A stretch of 64,000 nucleotides of DNA, taken from Candidatus Latescibacterota bacterium. Its GTDB lineage: Bacteria; Latescibacterota; UBA2968; UBA8231. This document shows positions 58,933-64,000 of this stretch, piece after piece. The translations under genes and the position numbers were made by a program. The notes beneath the pieces were generated by a model. That model was not told the DNA's origin and made no database searches. It saw only the letters and a program-made list of their open reading frames with translations. How positions within the stretch are numbered: the first letter of the stretch is position 1; each line of letters opens with the position of its first letter. Location: the NCBI GenBank assembly GCA_965200315.1, contig OZ241362.1, forward strand, positions 2,656,001 through 2,720,000, given 5' to 3'.

Positions 58933-60195
58933 ATGTCTAAATCGAATTCACAGGCGGTAGTGATTCGCCCGGGACTGCTCGCCGACGGCCTCGGCGGCAG
59001 CGCCAAGGCCGGGCAGGCGGTATTCGTACGAGATGGCGCAATCGCCGCGGTCGGACCATTGGCACAGGTGGAGCAGCAGACGCCTCCCGACACCCCGACC
59101 GTCGATTTGAACGGCTGCTGTCTCACCCCCGGCCTCATCGACGGCCACACCCACCTCAGCCTCCCGGGAGATGGCCAACACTACGGTCTGACCTTCCAAG
59201 AAAGCGATGAGACCATGGCGCTCATCGGGGCCATGAACATGCTCAAGCACCTGCGCGCCGGTATCACCACCCTGCGCGAGCACGGCGCTCGCAACAGGGT
59301 CGGGTTCATCCTCAAGCAAGGTCTGCAACGCGGATACATCTCCGGGCCGCGGACACTCGTCAGCGGGCGCCCGATCACCTGCACGGGTGGCCACTTCCAC
59401 ATGTGCAACGAGATCGCCGACGGAGTGGAAGAAATCCGCCGATCCGTGCGTCAGCTCGTCCACGAGGGGGCCGACTACATCAAGGTAATGGCCTCCGGTG
59501 GCGGGACGACCGGCACGATTCCGGGGTTGCCCACCTATTCGACGGAAGAACTACAGGCCCTCGTGGGCGAGGCGCGCCAATTTCACCGCATCACTGTCGC
59601 TCATTGCCGCTCCAAGCAGTCGATGGTGCGGGCCGTCGAGGCCGGCATCGATCTGATCGAGCACGTCGAGTTTCTCGAACCAGACCACGTGATGCGCTTC
59701 GACCCAAAAGTAGCCGAGATGTTGGCCGAATCCGGCATCTGGCTGAGCCCCACGCTACAGGCGTGGACCAACTACCCGCAGATGGTGCGCCTGCGCAAGC
59801 TGCGCGACGAGGGAGCTATGGGTGCCAAAGAGGCGGCAGCGCTCACCCATCTCGAACAACGAGCGGAGAAGCGGCTAGACGTGATGCGGAAGATGCTCGA
59901 CTACTGCCTGAAGGAGCGCGTGGTGCCCGGCACGGACTCAGGAGTGGGCAGCCTCGAATTCGGCCACTTGGACTACGACCTGCAGCTACTGGTCGAATGC
60001 GGATTCACTCCGGCAGAAGCCCTCGTCGCGGCGACCCGGGTCTCGGCCGAGGCGGCCGGTATTGCCGATGAGGTGGGGACCATTGAGGTCGGCAAATCGG
60101 CAGACCTTGTCGCCTTTGGGGGCGATCCGACGGCAGATGTGGCCGCCTTCAGCGACGTCAGGGCGGTTTTCCAAGCTGGGGTGCGCGTTCAATAG
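58933..60195 (+). CDS. Amidohydrolase family protein (Xaa-Pro dipeptidase-like)
   Basis: PGLIDGHTH, GADYIKVMASGG, IEH, PGTDSG and GTIEVGKSADL. Confidence 0.9.
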   Translation: MSKSNSQAVVIRPGLLADGLGGSAKAGQAVFVRDGAIAAVGPLAQVEQQTPPDTPTVDLNGCCLTPGLIDGHTHLSLPGDGQHYGLTFQESDETMALIGAMNMLKHLRAGITTLREHGARNRVGFILKQGLQRGYISGPRTLVSGRPITCTGGHFHMCNEIADGVEEIRRSVRQLVHEGADYIKVMASGGGTTGTIPGLPTYSTEELQALVGEARQFHRITVAHCRSKQSMVRAVEAGIDLIEHVEFLEPDHVMRFDPKVAEMLAESGIWLSPTLQAWTNYPQMVRLRKLRDEGAMGAKEAAALTHLEQRAEKRLDVMRKMLDYCLKERVVPGTDSGVGSLEFGHLDYDLQLLVECGFTPAEALVAATRVSAEAAGIADEVGTIEVGKSADLVAFGGDPTADVAAFSDVRAVFQAGVRVQ

Positions 60196-60218
60196 TCAGC
60201 ACAGAGAGGAATAGGCGA

Positions 60219-61358
60219 ATGGATGTCGCTGAGATTCGAGAGCAGATCCCGGGTCTGCGGTTCGGCGTCTATCTCAATACCGGCGGGGTCGGCCAAGTAC
60301 CCGCCAGCGTGAGTCAGGCGGTCACCGCTGGCTACCGGCTGATGGCCGATGGCAGGCTGAGTCCCATCGACTGGTATGAAGCGATGGTCAAGGCCGCCGC
60401 CGAGGTCCCTGCAAAGATCGCCGATTTCTTTGGAGCCGACTCGACAGAGATCGCCTTGACCATGAGTACCGGCGATGGCTTTGGCATGGTGTTGGGGGGG
60501 CTGCGTTGGGAATCAGGTGACGAGGTGTTGATCACCAGCGAGGAGCATCCAGTGCCGCTTCAGTCCGTTCAAGGGCTGGCCTCCCGGGAAGGGGCCGTCA
60601 TCAAGGAGGTCGAGCTGGACCACGACAAGGACGTGATCCTAGAACGGGTGGAACGGGCCATCACGCCACGCACCCGGCTGATCTGCTTCAGTCACGTCAC
60701 CACCGACTCGGGCACCCTGCTGCCGGCTGAGGAAATCTGCGCCCTCGCTCGGGCCCGCGGAATCCTCACGCTGTGGGACGGCTGTCAGGCGGTGGGTCAG
60801 CTACCGGTGGACCTCCATGGCATGGGCTGCGACTTCTACGCTACCAACTGCTACAAGTGGCTGCTGGCACCGATCGGCACTGGGTTTCTCTATGTCCGCG
60901 GAGAGGCGCAGCAGGCTCTCAAGCCGTTGCGGCGTCCGCACGATCCCTCCGCCTCAGCGCGACAGTACGAGATGGGGTCTCCGGCGAGCGTGCTCTACTT
61001 GGGAGTCGGCACCAGCCTCGACTTTATGACCCGCATTGGCGGACCTCGGGCTATCGCGGCGGAGGCGAGCCGTAAGGCGGAGGGGTTGTGGGCGCGTCTC
61101 GACGCCATTCCCGGTGTGCAGGTCGTCAGCTCACGCTGCCCCGAGACCCGGAGCGGCATCGTCACATTTGCCATCGCAGGGATGGAAGGCGACGAGGTCT
61201 CCACGGCCCTCAGGCAGCGTTGGCAGATCGTCCAACGGGGCACGTACATGACCGATCCGACCGGCGTACGGATCTCGGTGGCCTTCTACACCAGCGACGC
61301 GGAGCTGGACTTGCTGGTCGAAGCGGTGACGACGCTGGCCGGAGAGGCGAAGCGATAG
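60219..61358 (+). CDS. Class V PLP-dependent aminotransferase-family enzyme
   Basis: YLNTGG, EH, SHV, DGCQAVG, CYKWLLAP.GTG and RIS..FY. Confidence 0.9.
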   Translation: MDVAEIREQIPGLRFGVYLNTGGVGQVPASVSQAVTAGYRLMADGRLSPIDWYEAMVKAAAEVPAKIADFFGADSTEIALTMSTGDGFGMVLGGLRWESGDEVLITSEEHPVPLQSVQGLASREGAVIKEVELDHDKDVILERVERAITPRTRLICFSHVTTDSGTLLPAEEICALARARGILTLWDGCQAVGQLPVDLHGMGCDFYATNCYKWLLAPIGTGFLYVRGEAQQALKPLRRPHDPSASARQYEMGSPASVLYLGVGTSLDFMTRIGGPRAIAAEASRKAEGLWARLDAIPGVQVVSSRCPETRSGIVTFAIAGMEGDEVSTALRQRWQIVQRGTYMTDPTGVRISVAFYTSDAELDLLVEAVTTLAGEAKR

Positions 61359-61610
61359 ATGCGAATCGACAGACTCGACATGTACTAAGTGGTGATGCCG
61401 CTCATCTATCCTTGGCGCACGGCGTATGGGGAAGACTCCGACATCCACTCAGTGCTCGTCAAGCTGACCAGCGGCGAGCACGAAGCCTGGGCGGAGAGCA
61501 CCCCCTTCTTCGCGCCCACCTACCTCAGCGAGAGCGCCGGGTCTGCGTTCTATCACGTCTCCGAGGTGATGGGGCCTTGGGTCGTGGGGCGCGAGTACGA
61601 CACGGCCGAG
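61359..61610 (+). pseudogene. o-succinylbenzoate synthase/N-acylamino acid racemase N-terminal fragment
   Basis: MRIDRLDMY*(TAA 61386-61388)VVMPLIYPWRTAYGED..WAES.P..APTY..E; truncated after REYDTA. Confidence 0.8.
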
Positions 61611-61806
61611 CTCGACCAGCGGCGAGTGATCACCCACAACTTGATGATTCTCCCAAATGCCTAAACCTTTTCAACAGAGCAAAAAGGCTTCTAAGAAAGC
61701 TGTGCGAGGGAGAGATTAGCGAGCGGGACGATAGTGATTGAAGGGCTGGTTGTTTGGGAGAGGATTATTTTCCAGATATTCTTCGAGTCGACGTATTATT
61801 CGGGGA

Positions 61807-64000
61807 TTAGTGCCGCGTCGTCAGTAGCGGTTCATGCGCCAGTGTTTTCGCCAACTGCTCTACCGTATTTGCAGCGTCAGGGATCATTAACAGGTCTGTC
61901 ATTAGCCGACGGTCCAACTCGCGGCGAACGGGATCGGAAGTTAGCTTGGCGAACCCGGCAAGGGGCTTGTCGGCTAAATCAGCAAAAATTTGCTCGCCTA
62001 TCTGTAGTTGTCGGTCGGTCAACCGATTCGTGTCTATGACCCGCAGCGTTTGTGTTAGCTCATGCGGCAGCCTGCTTCTGCCGAGATAGGGCCGATTCGC
62101 ATGAACGATTCGCAGTAACAAACCGAGAGTACTGTTGAGCCACAGGCATAGCACCTCTTCTGCGCCATCGCGTGGATTCTTCATCTTTAGACTGGTCCAC
62201 GAGCTAACGCCGAGCATAGGCTCTTCCGTACAGACGGCTGCCAATCGCTGAGGGGCGTGACCCAGTTCACGTGCGATCTGCAAACGACTCGCTTGCTTCA
62301 GCATTTTGTCTTGTTCTGCTCTATTTTTTTCTTTTTTTCGTCGCAATTTTGCGTTCGCAGCCGCTTTTAATGTTTTCATCTTTTTTTCTGAATGATGCCA
62401 CACTGCCGGTTCGCCCATGCTCGTTGGATCATCGGTTTCAACGATGGCAAATAGACCCTGCTTTGGATTCTTGATCTGCATTTCGTAGGGGCCTAAGTCG
62501 CAGATGGTTCCCAAGGTGGTTAGCGGAATCTGACCTGATCCGAATTTTTGCGAGTGTAGAAAATCCAAGGTGGTCGTCGTGAGTCGGCTTTGAATGAATG
62601 TCGTGTGTGCCCATGGACCAGCATCTAACATTTGCTGACGCACGGCGATGATCTCTCCCCACTCAATGCCAGCAATGTCGATTACCGAACATTCGACATT
62701 TTCTTGAGGTGTGTCGTCCGTGCGGGCGGCGAGTAGAGCCCGCGTAAGTCCCATAGCCGCAATAGGTTCATTCGGGATGCGGCGGAGGTTGACAAAGCGC
62801 GTCCACCCTTTGGCCTTTTCTAAGTCATTGCGGCGCGTGGCGATAATCAAGGTCTCGGCGATGCGGGTAGATTCCGAGAAGGCAACATACCTACGGCCGG
62901 GCAGGCCGGCACGGGCCGTGCGGTTGCGGTGGTCGTGGCTGACGATTACCCACTCGATATCGTAGCGGCTGAGCAATAGCTCGCGGATGGGCTGCCAGCG
63001 GCTGCCGGTCAAGACGGTAGCGGGCAAAACGAAAGCCAGTCGGCCACCGATCTTTAAGTGCTCATCGGCTAGGGTCACGAACGCGGAGCCAAGACCAGCG
63101 TACGAACTCGCCGGTGTGCCATCTAACGTTTTGCGTAGTGCGTCATTCATACGTTTTTGATCCTTGCTCGACAACACTGACCCAAACAGTGGATTCCAAC
63201 TAGTGTTGTCTTTGCTTCCGGGACCGCCCGCACGGGTGTACGGTGGATTGGAGATGATGAGATCGCATTCGTATGACATTTCGGAGTCGTGCAACTGCTC
63301 GCCGGTCCCCGTGACACGAACAGCTTCTTGTTCTGGGTCGGGGAATAAACTCTCGGATTGGGCATTTTTGTAGTTTGGGGACTTGCGGAGAAAATCCAAG
63401 CTACCTAGCCGGGCGATCTCGTTATTTACGTCGTGTGGCATACGATAGATGGGGATGCCTTTCAACACTTGGCGGGTTTCAGCCATAGAAAGCGTTGTGG
63501 CGGTCAAATGCACGGCCCCGGGGACGACATCAAAGCCTATGAGGGAGTTTTCGAGCACAGCTTTCAACGATGCGTCCAACACCTGTTGTGTTCTCCGCAA
63601 TCGCTTGAGTATCTCTTGGGTTGCGGCCATTAGTAGAGTACCGCTGCCACAAGCCGGATCGACGATCCGCAAAGATTTTCCCAAGCTCTTAGCGTCATCC
63701 CATTTCACAGTACGCCATAATGGGGAATCGTCGTCAAACGCGAGACCGGCCAATAGAACAGCCGCTGGTATAGTGGTATAGTTGGTCGCCAAGTACTTCC
63801 GGCTCTCCAACAAGCGATGAAATATCCGTCCCATGACATCATGGCGGCGAATGGCTTGGTTTTCGGCCATGACCTTAGCGCACGGCTTGAGGACGGCCAG
63901 CGCGTTCACGTCTAACGGCGACGGGATTTCTGCGAGCGTTTTGCGGGCCACATCGAAGATCGGATACCAGTTGATGGAGAGAATCAAGTCCCATTGTTGC
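61807..64000 (-). CDS. Large N6-adenine DNA methyltransferase, probable type IIG restriction-modification enzyme (partial; N-terminus beyond the window)
   Basis: Motif I VDPACGSGTLL, motif IV ISNPPY, GGRLAFVLP and a long C-terminal recognition region; the frame stays open to the window edge (QQWDLILSINWYPIF). Confidence 0.85.
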   Translation of the reverse strand, partial: QQWDLILSINWYPIFDVARKTLAEIPSPLDVNALAVLKPCAKVMAENQAIRRHDVMGRIFHRLLESRKYLATNYTTIPAAVLLAGLAFDDDSPLWRTVKWDDAKSLGKSLRIVDPACGSGTLLMAATQEILKRLRRTQQVLDASLKAVLENSLIGFDVVPGAVHLTATTLSMAETRQVLKGIPIYRMPHDVNNEIARLGSLDFLRKSPNYKNAQSESLFPDPEQEAVRVTGTGEQLHDSEMSYECDLIISNPPYTRAGGPGSKDNTSWNPLFGSVLSSKDQKRMNDALRKTLDGTPASSYAGLGSAFVTLADEHLKIGGRLAFVLPATVLTGSRWQPIRELLLSRYDIEWVIVSHDHRNRTARAGLPGRRYVAFSESTRIAETLIIATRRNDLEKAKGWTRFVNLRRIPNEPIAAMGLTRALLAARTDDTPQENVECSVIDIAGIEWGEIIAVRQQMLDAGPWAHTTFIQSRLTTTTLDFLHSQKFGSGQIPLTTLGTICDLGPYEMQIKNPKQGLFAIVETDDPTSMGEPAVWHHSEKKMKTLKAAANAKLRRKKEKNRAEQDKMLKQASRLQIARELGHAPQRLAAVCTEEPMLGVSSWTSLKMKNPRDGAEEVLCLWLNSTLGLLLRIVHANRPYLGRSRLPHELTQTLRVIDTNRLTDRQLQIGEQIFADLADKPLAGFAKLTSDPVRRELDRRLMTDLLMIPDAANTVEQLAKTLAHEPLLTTRH

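Noticed and set aside
1-64000. tRNA, rRNA, riboswitch, prophage or transposase genes
   Set aside because: None recognised by eye in the intergenic gaps or ORFs; a tRNAscan/Infernal run would be needed to exclude small RNAs.

Overview
GC-rich bacterial chromosomal window with no rRNA, tRNA, CRISPR array or intact transposase visible. The gene mix (five PhyH-family dioxygenase genes, several Gfo/Idh/MocA and SMP-30 lactonases, an NHL-repeat protein, two FG-GAP/ASPIC-UnbV proteins, four type II toxin-antitoxin loci, two restriction-type genes) resembles marine sponge-associated lineages such as Latescibacterota or Poribacteria; that taxonomy is inference only. Recognisable core genes: ferritin, a long nagB-like gene, ettA, sat, purN, an arsC-family gene. 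About 18 genes are broken by frameshift, nonsense change or deletion. The clearest sequence-level findings are in the first kilobase. (1) A promoterless hicBA pair sits between two 64-bp copies of the 3' end of a TonB-dependent receptor gene, and the copies differ almost only at synonymous sites. (2) A 124-bp MITE with 13-bp perfect terminal inverted repeats, an 8-bp target duplication and an internal REP doublet is inserted in frame into the signal peptide of the next lipoprotein. Best candidates for uncharacterised systems: a DUF1538-DUF1538-PII-CBS operon; an operon of an internally duplicated membrane protein, a GMC oxidoreductase and a Gfo/Idh/MocA protein; an orphan PD-(D/E)xK nuclease; and a beta-helix/CRTAC1/membrane-spermidine-synthase neighbourhood. 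CCWGG appears depleted in favour of CCAAG/CTTGG/CTAG, which suggests unrepaired 5mC deamination. All family assignments come from motif recognition by eye, not database searches.
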